Shown here: one piece after another, positions 1 through 8,736 of the stretch
How positions within the stretch are numbered: the stretch's first letter is position 1
Layout: each line of letters starts with the position of its first letter
Made by a program: the position numbers and the translations under genes
Notes under the pieces: model-generated
Databases searched by the model: none
What the model saw: the letters and a program-made list of their open reading frames with translations, nothing else
What the model was told of the DNA's origin: nothing
Source: Nitrospirota bacterium
GTDB lineage: Bacteria; Nitrospirota; Thermodesulfovibrionia; Thermodesulfovibrionales; JdFR-88
Length of the DNA: 64,000 nucleotides
Reading direction: 5' to 3'
Assembly (NCBI GenBank): GCA_021789215.1
Contig: JAJYJS010000007.1
Span: 6,367 to 70,366, forward strand

Positions 1-1404
1 TTTGTCCAGGAGCGCCGCGAAACCGGCGGCGGCGCGGGCCGCCTTCTCCCCCACGCCCTCCACCTCCCCCGCCCTGCCGAATGCCTCGTAAAGGCTTATG
101 GAATGCGTCTTTGCCAACCCGGCAAGCTTGCCGGTGGTCGTCGCGCCTATGCCCCTTTTTGGGGCGCTTGAGGCCCGGAGGAAGCTCAAGTCGTCGGAGG
201 GGTTCGCGATTGCCTTAAGGTAGGAGGCGAGGTCCTTTATCTCCTTCCGCTCGAAATAGCTGGTGCCGCCCACCACGGTATAAGGTATCCGCACCGCCCT
301 CAGTGCCTCCTCAAAAGGCTTTGAAAGCGTGTTTGCCCTGTATATGATGGCAAAATCGTCATAGGGGATTTTCTTCTCGTACTTTATGCGGGAGATGGTC
401 CCCGCGACCCACTGGGCCTCGTCCTCGCCGTCTTCCGCCCGGTACAGGCAGACTTTTGCGCCGTCGCCCCTTGAGGTGCGAAGGGATTTTTCCATCCTTT
501 TTTTGTTGTTCTTTATCACGCCGTTTGCGGCCTTGAGGATGTTGCCGAAGGAGCGGTAGTTCTGCTCCAGCCGCACCACCCTGGCGCCCGGAAAATGGCT
601 TTCGAAGTCCAGGATGTTGCGCAGGTTGGCGCCCCTCCATCCGTAGATGGACTGGTCGTCGTCTCCCACGACGCAGATGTTTTTCCTCTCCCCGGCAAGC
701 AGTCTTATGAAATCGTACTGTATCTTGTTGGTGTCCTGGTACTCGTCTATCATCAGGTAACGGAATCTCTCGCGGTATCTCTCAAGCACATCCGGGTGCT
801 CCCTGAAAAGCCGCACGGCAAGAAGCAGGAGGTCGTCAAAGTCCACCACGTTAAGAGACCGCATCGTCTCCTGATACCGCGGGAATACGGTCTCCGAAAA
901 GGCCTCCACGTCGAATTCCCCGGACTCGCTCCTGACCGTTTTCTTATTGAATTCGTTTTTTATCCGGCTTATGGTGGCCAAGACATCGTCCGGCTTGAAG
1001 CTCTTCTCATAAACCCTTATGTCGCTGAGCAGGTGCCTGAGCAGCGAGACCTGCTCCGCCGTGTCGTACACGGTAAAATCCCTCCGGTAGCCGAGCGTCT
1101 CTATCTCGCGCCTGAGGATGTTCAGGCAAAGTGAATGGAAAGTGGAGACGATGGGGGGCTTTTTTTTCGTTTCCAGCATGCGCCCCACCCGCTCCTTCAT
1201 CTCCCTTGCGGCCTTGTTAGTGAATGTAACGGCCACTATGGAGCCCGCCGGCACACCAAGATGTATTATGTAAGCCGCGCGCATGGTTATCACCCGCGTC
1301 TTGCCGGAGCCCGCCCCCGCAAGCACGAGCAGAGGCCCTTCCGTGCTCATCACCGCCTCCCTCTGCGCGGGGTTCAGGCGGCCCAATTCCAGTTCCATGT
1401 CCAT
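1..1404 (-). CDS. UvrD/Rep/PcrA-family ATP-dependent DNA helicase (3' end runs off the window)
   Basis: Manual translation from ATG at 1404: MDMELELGRLNPAQREAVMSTEGPLLVLAGAGSGKTRVIT (Q motif and Walker A), later DEYQDTN, VGDDDQSIYGWRGA and LEQNYRS. Absent from the ORF track because it is truncated. Confidence 0.93.
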   Translation of the reverse strand, partial: MDMELELGRLNPAQREAVMSTEGPLLVLAGAGSGKTRVITMRAAYIIHLGVPAGSIVAVTFTNKAAREMKERVGRMLETKKKPPIVSTFHSLCLNILRREIETLGYRRDFTVYDTAEQVSLLRHLLSDIRVYEKSFKPDDVLATISRIKNEFNKKTVRSESGEFDVEAFSETVFPRYQETMRSLNVVDFDDLLLLAVRLFREHPDVLERYRERFRYLMIDEYQDTNKIQYDFIRLLAGERKNICVVGDDDQSIYGWRGANLRNILDFESHFPGARVVRLEQNYRSFGNILKAANGVIKNNKKRMEKSLRTSRGDGAKVCLYRAEDGEDEAQWVAGTISRIKYEKKIPYDDFAIIYRANTLSKPFEEALRAVRIPYTVVGGTSYFERKEIKDLASYLKAIANPSDDLSFLRASSAPKRGIGATTTGKLAGLAKTHSISLYEAFGRAGEVEGVGEKAARAAAGFAALLDK

Positions 1405-1523
1405 GCGTGTCTGCGCGAAAATTCCTGTTTGTTTTTCAGTCTGATGTCTCGGTTTAACCCGGCAAGCCGGACAGGCAGATATGATACATTTAGAGCAGGG
1501 ACTTTATCAAATTTCAAAAAGAC

Positions 1524-1566
1524 TTGACAAAAGGTGGCCGGGCCGGGGATAATGTGCATATGCACA
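1524..1566 (+). promoter_or_regulatory. sigma70-like promoter with overlapping 14-bp palindrome (candidate operator)
   Basis: TTGACA (1524-1529), 18 nt, GATAAT (1548-1553), followed by perfect palindrome TGTGCATATGCACA (1553-1566). Confidence 0.65.
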
Positions 1567-1596
1567 AAATAATAAAACCCGAGGAGGATATTCAAG

Positions 1597-1980
1597 ATGA
1601 AGATATGTTTTCCGGTAGAGCAGCCCGAAGGGCTTGAAAGCAGGGTCTATGGACATTTCGGCTCCGCGCCGTTTTTTCTGGTGGTGGACACGGCGGGCGC
1701 AGACGTATCGGTGATAGGCAACAGGGACCAGCACCACGCGCATGGGGCATGCAACCCCATCATGGCGCTTGACGGCCGGAGCGTGGATGCCATCGTGGTA
1801 GGCGGAATCGGCGCGGGCGCTCTCAGCCGCCTGAACCAGGCTGGCATAAGGGTGTTCAGGGCAATGTCCGGCGTAGTGAAAGACGACATGGCCATGATGC
1901 AGGCGGGCCAGCTCCCGGAGCTTACGCTCTCCCAGTGCTGCGGAGGGCATGACCACGGCGGCGGATGCGCCCACCACTGA
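1597..1980 (+). CDS. NifB/NifX-family (dinitrogenase Fe-Mo cofactor-type) protein with Cys/His-rich tail
   Basis: MKICFP..., GHFGSAPFF, VDAIVVGGIGAGA motifs; tail CCGGHDHGGGCAHH; GAGGAGG RBS. Confidence 0.85.
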   Translation: MKICFPVEQPEGLESRVYGHFGSAPFFLVVDTAGADVSVIGNRDQHHAHGACNPIMALDGRSVDAIVVGGIGAGALSRLNQAGIRVFRAMSGVVKDDMAMMQAGQLPELTLSQCCGGHDHGGGCAHH

Positions 1981-2014
1981 AAAATAAAAATACCTGGCAA
2001 GGAGGCAATGACCC

Positions 2015-2350
2015 ATGCCTGACGGCAAGGACGTGAACGCCCTGAGGGCCCTGAATCTTGTCTGCGGAGTGCTTGAAAGCCAGCGCAGCGACCCGCTTTG
2101 CGCCGTGTGCGCGGGTTTTTTCAAGACGGCCTCTTTCGCACGCGAGAAATTTTCATCCATCTCCAAAAGGCCCGAAGCCATCTCCGGGGAGATGAAGACA
2201 ATGACCGGAAGGATTGAAAGCATCCTGTCATCCCTGTCCGCCGATGAGGGCCAGGGGATAAAGCAGAAGAAGGCCGGGGCATGCAGGATGCCCGAAGGCG
2301 TCTGCCTCACAAAATCCGCTATTGCGCTTTTCGAGAAGGCAACTTCATAA
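2015..2350 (+). CDS. Hypothetical Cys-containing protein
   Basis: AGGAGG RBS upstream; five Cys including CAVC and CRMPEGVC; lies between the NifX-like and DUF134 genes. Confidence 0.65.
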   Translation: MPDGKDVNALRALNLVCGVLESQRSDPLCAVCAGFFKTASFAREKFSSISKRPEAISGEMKTMTGRIESILSSLSADEGQGIKQKKAGACRMPEGVCLTKSAIALFEKATS

Positions 2351-2356
2351 TAAGCA

Positions 2357-2650
2357 ATGCCCAGACGAAAGAAACCGAGGACATGCGCGTGCCCCTTCTC
2401 CAGCATGAAGGGGCGCGCCTTCAAGCCCACCGGCACCCCGATGACGGAGCTTGAGCAGATAGCCCTTCAGGAGGACGAGCTTGAGGCCATGAGGCTTTGC
2501 GACCTCGACGGCCTCACGCAGGAGCAGGCCGGAGAAAAGATGGGGGTGTCCCGCGGCACCGTCCAGCGTCTGCTCAATTCGGGGCGGAAAAAGACGGCGC
2601 TTGCCCTGAGCCAGTCAAAGGCCCTCGTCTTCGAACATACGGCAGACTGA
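2357..2650 (+). CDS. DUF134-family predicted DNA-binding (HTH) protein
   Basis: MPRRKKPR...FKP.G, DELEAMRLCDLDGLTQEQAGEKMGVSRGTVQRLL.SGRKK.A.AL. Confidence 0.9.
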   Translation: MPRRKKPRTCACPFSSMKGRAFKPTGTPMTELEQIALQEDELEAMRLCDLDGLTQEQAGEKMGVSRGTVQRLLNSGRKKTALALSQSKALVFEHTAD

Positions 2651-2651
2651 G

Positions 2652-2687
2652 CCCCTCACCCCGGCCCTCTCCCCATGGGGAGAGGGA
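2652..2687 (+). repeat. CCCTCACCCCGGCCCTCTCCC-GGGAGAGGG palindromic REP-like element
   Basis: Hairpin ccctctcccc-at-ggggagaggg; related copies at ~21595-21628, ~33725-33760 and ~63143-63186. Confidence 0.6.
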
Positions 2688-2858
2688 GCAAGGCAGACAC
2701 ACGGGTCTGTCATTGTAAATGGGCTTGGTTTTGCCCTTTCTTTATTACGGGGGCATGGGGGCGCAAGCCCCCATACCTTGCAAGGGCGGGTGGGCGGGAA
2801 GAAGAAAAACGCATTAAACGCCCCTTTTGTTATATAATTTTACGTCTACCGCTCAGAG

Positions 2859-4616
2859 ATGAAAGAAAAGTTCAACAGAATTCTGCCGCTTTTAAAGAAG
2901 TTCAGGATATCCGAGCACACGTTTCTCATTGTCCTCTCCTTCGCGATAGGCATCCTGGCGGGCATTGCCAACGTGGCGTTCCGTTCCACGATGAGCTTTG
3001 TCTACAATACCGTCTTCCTGGGCGGCTCAAAACTCCTATCCATCGACAAGGGCGGATACTACAGGGCGCTCCTGCCGCTCCTGCCCATGTTCGGGGCCGC
3101 GCTGCTCATCCCGCTCTCCCTTTTATTTCCGGGCGAGGTAAACGGCTACGGGTTCCCCAAGTTCATAGAGAAAGTGAACATCAAAGGCGGCGTCCTCAAG
3201 GCCAGGAACATCGTCTTGAAGATTTTGGGCCCGGCGCTCACGATAGGCTCCGGCAACTCGGCGGGCGTCGAGGGGCCGATAGCAATAATCGGCGGCACGA
3301 TAGGCTCCAACACGGGGCGGCTCTTCAAGGTGTCGGGCAGCAGGATGAAGCTGCTGATAGCGGCGGGGGCCGCGGGAGGCATCGCGGCCACATTCAATGC
3401 CCCGATTGCGGGCGTGATGTTCGCGATAGAGATAGTGCTCCTGGGCAATTACGAGCTTTCCTCCTTTGCCGCAATCGTCATCTCCTCGGGCATCGCCACC
3501 GTCGTATCAAGGGGTTATTACGGGGCAAACCCCGCGTTTGCCGTCCCGCAATACCAGTTGAAAAGCCCGGCTGAGATACCTTTCTACATAGTCCTCGGCA
3601 TTCTTACGGGGCTGCTGGCCGTCCTCTACACAAAGACGTTCTACAGGATAAGAGACGGGTTTGACGCGCTGAAGATGAACCCGCAGATGAAACCCGTTCT
3701 GGGCGCGTTCATTGTGGGGGTCTTCGGCATCTTCCTGCCCCAGGTAATGGGCAACGGCTACGATTTCATAGAGGCGTCGCTGGCAGGCAAGATTATCTTC
3801 CCGGTAATTGTCCTGCTGATATTCTTCAAGATTGTGGCTACCTCCGTGACGCTTGGCTCCGGCGGGGCGGGGGGCATCTTCGCCCCGGCGCTTTTCATAG
3901 GGGCCATGTCGGGGGGAAGCTACGGCTATATCGTCCACCGCTTGTTCCCGGCCTCGACGGCCTCCCCAGGGGCCTATGCCACGGTGGGCATAGGGGCCTT
4001 CCTCGCGGCGGCCACGCATGCCCCGCTTACAGGCATATTCCTGCTTTTCGAGATGACGGGCAACTACAAGATAATAATACCGCTCATGTTCACGTCCATT
4101 ATAGGCACACTGGTGGCAAGGAGGCTTGAAAAAGACTCGATAGACACGCTGGAGCTTACCAGGAGGGGCGTGAAGATACATATAGGCGCGGAAGAGGCCG
4201 TGATGGCAGGCATAAAGGTGCGGGAGGTGATGCGCGGGGACGTGGTCACGGCAAACGAGTCCGCAACCCTCGACGACCTTATAAGGACGATGATTGAAAA
4301 AGAGAGCTTTTATATCCCGGTATTGGATGCCCAGGGGCTGATGATGGGCATAGTCTCCCTTCAGGACGTAAGGCCCGCGCTCATGGAGGGCGAGGTCAGG
4401 AATATAGTGAAGGCCTCCGAAATCGCCACGGAGGACGTTATCGTCCTCTACCCCGACGACAACCTCAACACCGCGATAGAGCACTTCTCGCTCAAGGAGA
4501 TAGACGAACTGCCCGTCGTCGAAAGGGAAAACCCGCGCAAGGTCGTGGGTATGCTCAACCACAAGGACGTGCTTGACGCCTATAATAAAGAGGTCCTTAA
4601 AAGAGAAACGGCCTGA
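2859..4616 (+). CDS. ClC-family chloride channel/transporter with two C-terminal CBS domains
   Basis: Many TM segments; GVEGP, FNAPIAG, GGIFAP motifs; C-terminal CBS pair. Confidence 0.92.
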   Translation: MKEKFNRILPLLKKFRISEHTFLIVLSFAIGILAGIANVAFRSTMSFVYNTVFLGGSKLLSIDKGGYYRALLPLLPMFGAALLIPLSLLFPGEVNGYGFPKFIEKVNIKGGVLKARNIVLKILGPALTIGSGNSAGVEGPIAIIGGTIGSNTGRLFKVSGSRMKLLIAAGAAGGIAATFNAPIAGVMFAIEIVLLGNYELSSFAAIVISSGIATVVSRGYYGANPAFAVPQYQLKSPAEIPFYIVLGILTGLLAVLYTKTFYRIRDGFDALKMNPQMKPVLGAFIVGVFGIFLPQVMGNGYDFIEASLAGKIIFPVIVLLIFFKIVATSVTLGSGGAGGIFAPALFIGAMSGGSYGYIVHRLFPASTASPGAYATVGIGAFLAAATHAPLTGIFLLFEMTGNYKIIIPLMFTSIIGTLVARRLEKDSIDTLELTRRGVKIHIGAEEAVMAGIKVREVMRGDVVTANESATLDDLIRTMIEKESFYIPVLDAQGLMMGIVSLQDVRPALMEGEVRNIVKASEIATEDVIVLYPDDNLNTAIEHFSLKEIDELPVVERENPRKVVGMLNHKDVLDAYNKEVLKRETA

Positions 4617-4629
4617 GCGCATATTTTCA

Positions 4630-4690
4630 GTCATCCAGAGCGAAGCGAAGAATCTGGCCGTGGGATTGCTTCGGGCCCCCTTGCAATGAC
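4630..4690. repeat. GTCAT...ATGAC palindromic extragenic repeat
   Basis: gtcatccagagcgaagcgaagaatct...gattgcttcg...gcaatgac; related to 8031-8113. Confidence 0.6.
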
Positions 4691-4769
4691 TTATGATGGA
4701 AATTTACGGGGCACCACGCCAAATTATTTTTATTTTTCAAGAATTTTTTAATCCGTCTAAAACTACAGT

Positions 4770-4796
4770 TAAGAAATCCCCTGTTTGTGCCGATAA
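4770..4796 (+). promoter_or_regulatory. sigma28 (FliA)-type promoter
   Basis: TAAG-N15-GCCGATAA, near-consensus, directly upstream of an MCP gene. Confidence 0.75.
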
Positions 4797-4840
4797 GAAA
4801 AAAGAGGCTGCAAAAAATGGCTTATTTTTAACCGGGGGTA

Positions 4841-6505
4841 ATGAAAGTGGTTATGTTGTCGAAAATGAAAGTGCGGGACCAGTTCAGGTTTCTGATCGCA
4901 ATGGTGTTTGGGATACTCGTTTTATCCAATTTGATCAGTTTTCTCATCCTTAGCAAAACAAGCAGGGACATCAAAAAAACCGAAGAGCTTTCACGGACGC
5001 TTGTCAGCGCAGTCGATACCGCAAGGGGCGCGCAGGTCAACTTCAAGAAACAGGTGCAGGAATGGAAGGACACCCTTCTAAGGGGCAACGACCCGGCGGC
5101 GTTCGAGAAATACCAGGGCAATTTCCGCGCACGTGAGAAAGACGTCCGCGACGGCATTGCCAAACTCAAGGGGCTCATGGCGGAACTGGGGCTGGAAAGC
5201 ACGCTGCCGGACGATTTTCTAAACACTCATGCCGTGCTCGGGACGAAATACAGGGACGCCATCTCCCATTATGACAAGTCCAACAAGCTGAGTTATCACA
5301 TTGTGGACAAGATGGTCGCCGGCATCGACCGTCAGCCGACCGGCAACATGGACAAGATCGTGAAATTCATCCAGGACAACGGCAAAGTGCTGCTCGGCAA
5401 ATCCGAAAAGAAGTCCACCGCTGAAAACAGGCTTGCCCTCGGCGTTAGCGTCGCTATCGGCATCGTTTCGCTCGCCCTGATTTCCCTGGCGTCCATTTTC
5501 ATAATGAAAAACCTGCTTAAGACGCTCGGCGGCGAGCCGGCAAGGGTAAACGAGGCGGCAAGGGAAATTACCGCCGGGAACCTCGCGGTGAAGCTTGAAG
5601 ATTCCGCGGACGAGGCCAGTTTATATGCCAGCATAAAGACAATGGCCGAAAAGCTCAGGACGGTCGTAAACAGCATCAAGTCCGCCTCCGACAACGTGGC
5701 CTCCGCAAGCGAGGAGCTGAGCGCAAGCTCCGCCCAGATGTCGAAAGGCGTCGCGCAGCAGGCGGGCAGGGCCGCCCAGATTGCGGCCTCATCCGAAGAG
5801 ATGTCCCAGACCGTGGTCGATATCGCCAAAAACGCCGCCCAGATGTCCGCCTCGGCAACTGATACTGTAAACGCCGCAAAAGAGGGCGAGGAGATAGTGG
5901 AAAAGTCCGTCCGCGAGGTCAAGGCCATAGCCGGTTCCGTAGGCGAGTCTTCAAAGCTGATATCGCTCCTGGCGGGGCGCTCCAAGCAGATAGGCGAGAT
6001 AGTGGAGGTCATAAGCGGCATAGCGGACCAGACCAATCTGCTTGCCCTGAACGCGGCGATAGAGGCCGCGAGGGCGGGTGAACAGGGCAAGGGGTTTGCC
6101 GTTGTCGCCGACGAGGTAAGGAAGCTGGCTGAAAAGACGGCCAAGTCCACCTCCGAGATAAGCGGGATGATAAAGGCCATTCAGGAGGAGGTCCATCAGG
6201 CCTTCAGCTCCATGGAAAACGGGACAAAGAGCGTCGAAACAGGCGTGGAATACGCCTCCAGGGCAGGGCAGGCACTGCAAAAAATCGTAAACAGCGTGTC
6301 CGGGCTCCAGTCCATGATACAGCAGATAGCCTCGGCGACCGAGCAGATGTCCACCGCTTCCAGCCAGATAAGCGGCGATATCGAGTCCATTGCGGGCATA
6401 TCGAAGGAGTCTTCCGCCGCATCGGAGCAGATGGCACAGTCGGCCAACGACCTTTCGAGGCTTTCAGCCGGCCTCCAGCAGACGGTCGGGCATTTCAGGG
6501 TCTGA
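4841..6505 (+). CDS. Methyl-accepting chemotaxis protein
   Basis: Two TM helices flanking a helical sensor, HAMP-like linker, signalling hairpin [38 protein letters not shown]. Confidence 0.95.
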   Translation: MKVVMLSKMKVRDQFRFLIAMVFGILVLSNLISFLILSKTSRDIKKTEELSRTLVSAVDTARGAQVNFKKQVQEWKDTLLRGNDPAAFEKYQGNFRAREKDVRDGIAKLKGLMAELGLESTLPDDFLNTHAVLGTKYRDAISHYDKSNKLSYHIVDKMVAGIDRQPTGNMDKIVKFIQDNGKVLLGKSEKKSTAENRLALGVSVAIGIVSLALISLASIFIMKNLLKTLGGEPARVNEAAREITAGNLAVKLEDSADEASLYASIKTMAEKLRTVVNSIKSASDNVASASEELSASSAQMSKGVAQQAGRAAQIAASSEEMSQTVVDIAKNAAQMSASATDTVNAAKEGEEIVEKSVREVKAIAGSVGESSKLISLLAGRSKQIGEIVEVISGIADQTNLLALNAAIEAARAGEQGKGFAVVADEVRKLAEKTAKSTSEISGMIKAIQEEVHQAFSSMENGTKSVETGVEYASRAGQALQKIVNSVSGLQSMIQQIASATEQMSTASSQISGDIESIAGISKESSAASEQMAQSANDLSRLSAGLQQTVGHFRV

Positions 6506-6572
6506 TATGGAAAGCGGCCCCGCCTCCTGCTAGAATTAGGCAGAAGCCGCAAGCGGGAGGTTTTCCCCTGAC

Positions 6573-7025
6573 ATGCCGCATTTCGGACTGATGGACGAAG
6601 ACGCCCTGGGCCCCATAGAGGGCCCTCTCCTCCGCGCGAAGCTCCACATCAGGGGGGGCAGGCGCAGGCTGGAGCGCGGCCTCTATACCGACGGCATAAT
6701 GGCCCTCTTCGACGCCCTGTGCAGCGCCATGCAATGGTACGCCGCCCTGCACTGGGACAGGCTGCGCATCGAAAAGGGCGACGACCCCAACAATGACAGG
6801 ACCCTGTATCATGTGCTGGTGCGCTCAGGCGTCCTCAGCGGCAGGTTCAGCTACGAGGAATTCGACGCGCTTGTAATCAGGGCCCTCAATGAGGAGATAC
6901 GGAATTTCGACTGGAAAGGGCTTTATGAAGGGCTCACGGAGGTTTTCACGGAGCTTGGCGTGATGCCCTTCGACGAAAAAACGCTCCCCGGGGAAAAACC
7001 CGAGCCGTTCCTGGGGAAACCATGA
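6573..7025 (+). CDS. Hypothetical protein (weak HEPN-like helical pattern)
   Basis: GGAGG RBS; typical codon usage; LLRAKLHIRGGRRRLERGLYTDGIMALFDA. Confidence 0.7.
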   Translation: MPHFGLMDEDALGPIEGPLLRAKLHIRGGRRRLERGLYTDGIMALFDALCSAMQWYAALHWDRLRIEKGDDPNNDRTLYHVLVRSGVLSGRFSYEEFDALVIRALNEEIRNFDWKGLYEGLTEVFTELGVMPFDEKTLPGEKPEPFLGKP

Positions 7026-7037
7026 TTTTTTTATTTG

Positions 7038-7754
7038 TTAATCCGGCGGGAGGACCTTTTTCACAACGCCTTCCAGTTCGGAGTAGTCGCTGAACCTCGC
7101 ATCGGGCTTGAAATCGAACGGCCCGCCCCCGCCCCGGAACATTATGAATTTCATCCCGGCCTTCTTCGCCCCCACGAGGTCTTTCTCCGGGTTGTCGCCT
7201 ATGTAAACGGAATCCTCCGGCTTTACCCAGAGCCTGCTCATGGCCGTATGGAAAAGCCTTGTGTCGGGCTTCTTGTAGCCGAAACGGGAGGAAAGGAGCG
7301 CCGTCCTGAAAAACCTCGTGAGGCCCAGCATCTCCATCTCCGGTTCCGTGAAGACCCACTGGGCATCGGAGATTATGGCTATCTTGTACAGGCGGGCGAT
7401 CGCCGAGACGGCATTGCTCACATTGGAGAAAAGCCCGAAACGCCTGCGCGTAAGCGACCTGTAGAGCATCGAGACGGCGATTACGGCGGACTTGGCGGGC
7501 CTGTCCTGCCCATACCGCCTCATTATCTCATAAAATATCTTGTAAATATCCACCTCGGAGTGGGGCTCGTTGCTCAGGTTGAGGCTCAGCCTTATCTCCT
7601 CGAAATAAGTCTTTTTCAGCTCCTCGGGGGATATCCTCACAAGGTGATAGCCAAGGTACTGGGAGAGCGCGGAATAAACCCAGGGGTCCTGCTCATCGGT
7701 GAAAATGTCTATAAGCGTGCCGTAGAGGTCGAAAAACACCGCCTGTCTCTTCAT
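7038..7754 (-). CDS. HAD-superfamily hydrolase
   Basis: FFDLYGTL, KKPD, YIGDNPEKDLVGAKKAGM motifs. Confidence 0.9.
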   Translation of the reverse strand: MKRQAVFFDLYGTLIDIFTDEQDPWVYSALSQYLGYHLVRISPEELKKTYFEEIRLSLNLSNEPHSEVDIYKIFYEIMRRYGQDRPAKSAVIAVSMLYRSLTRRRFGLFSNVSNAVSAIARLYKIAIISDAQWVFTEPEMEMLGLTRFFRTALLSSRFGYKKPDTRLFHTAMSRLWVKPEDSVYIGDNPEKDLVGAKKAGMKFIMFRGGGGPFDFKPDARFSDYSELEGVVKKVLPPD

Positions 7755-7773
7755 CCGGATGCTTCCATTTTCA

Positions 7774-7902
7774 TTGAAGAACCCCGCGGCAGAGACCGCA
7801 GGGATTCTTAATGCAAGAGTTTTTTATATTCTCATTCACTCGCTTGACCCTGCGTCAAGGGAACTGGTCCCCAAGCCACAGGGAATACGCTCGCTATCCA
7901 TT
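7774..7902. mobile_element. ~130-bp non-autonomous two-hairpin element (IS200/IS605-end-like MITE)
   Basis: Left 39 bp match 57312-57350 at 36/39; right 19 bp are identical to 32992-33010; GC-rich hairpins at both ends. Confidence 0.55.
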
Positions 7903-8030
7903 TATTTCAGATTCTATCACATGCGCCGGCCCGTCATCTTGTCCCCCGGACACGTTTTTGGTGACACGCGTCATCTTGCCCGTGTCCGCGCTCCCGGTTT
8001 AAGATGAAAACGGCGCAGAAGGGAAGCGGC

Positions 8031-8141
8031 GCGAGGAGCGCAAGCGACGAAGCAATCTCATAAGTAATTGATTTTTCTAAAGACGTGCTTGCTTCGCTCC
8101 GCTCGCAATGACAGTCGAAACAGTTTTTCAGCAGCCTGCTA
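8031..8141. repeat. Palindromic REP-like element followed by an IS-terminus-like sequence
   Basis: gcgaggagcgcaagcgacgaagcaatctc ... gcttcgctccgctcgcaatgaca, then tttttcagcagcctgcta (8124-8141). Confidence 0.5.
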
Positions 8142-8178
8142 AAAAAAGAGGGGTTTTTATAGTACAATCTGCTAAGGA

Positions 8179-8736
8179 GTGTTTTTCATTTTCATGGGAC
8201 TTTTAAGCGCATTGAGGGAAACTGTTTTTCCGGTTTTTTCAGGAAGGCTCCGGAGGCATTTTATTACTGTGCCCGCCCTCATGAGGGATGGGGATATCAC
8301 ACTCAGGGCCATCGGGCCATTCGCAAAGAGGAGAGATATTTCCGCAGCGGACGGCCTGGCTGGTTTCAAATCCATGCGGCGCCTGAAAAAGGCCCTCCCC
8401 CTGTGCTATTACATCGAGGCTGGAACAGTCTGCATAGGTCTTGCCGGGATGCGTGACATCCGGCCGGGCAAATCCGCCGAGGCCGCCCTGATAATCTTCA
8501 GCACCGATTGGAGGCGCAGGGGGTACGGCTCAAGGGCATTCAGGCTCCTTGCGAAGAATTTGAAGACGCGCGGCATTTTTGAACGCCTCACTGTAAGGGT
8601 GGAAAAGGAAAACCCGGCGGCCATCTCCTTCTGGAGGAAGATGGGGTTTTTTGTGGAAAAGGCGGAAACCGGGGAAAAAACCATAACGGAGATGCGGCTC
8701 GACATGAGCAAGGAGGACGCCATTGGACGGATTTGA
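8179..8736 (+). CDS. GNAT-family N-acetyltransferase (start uncertain)
   Basis: WRRRGYGS acetyl-CoA motif and NPAAISFWRKMGF; overlaps the glgP start. Confidence 0.75.
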   Translation: MFFIFMGLLSALRETVFPVFSGRLRRHFITVPALMRDGDITLRAIGPFAKRRDISAADGLAGFKSMRRLKKALPLCYYIEAGTVCIGLAGMRDIRPGKSAEAALIIFSTDWRRRGYGSRAFRLLAKNLKTRGIFERLTVRVEKENPAAISFWRKMGFFVEKAETGEKTITEMRLDMSKEDAIGRI

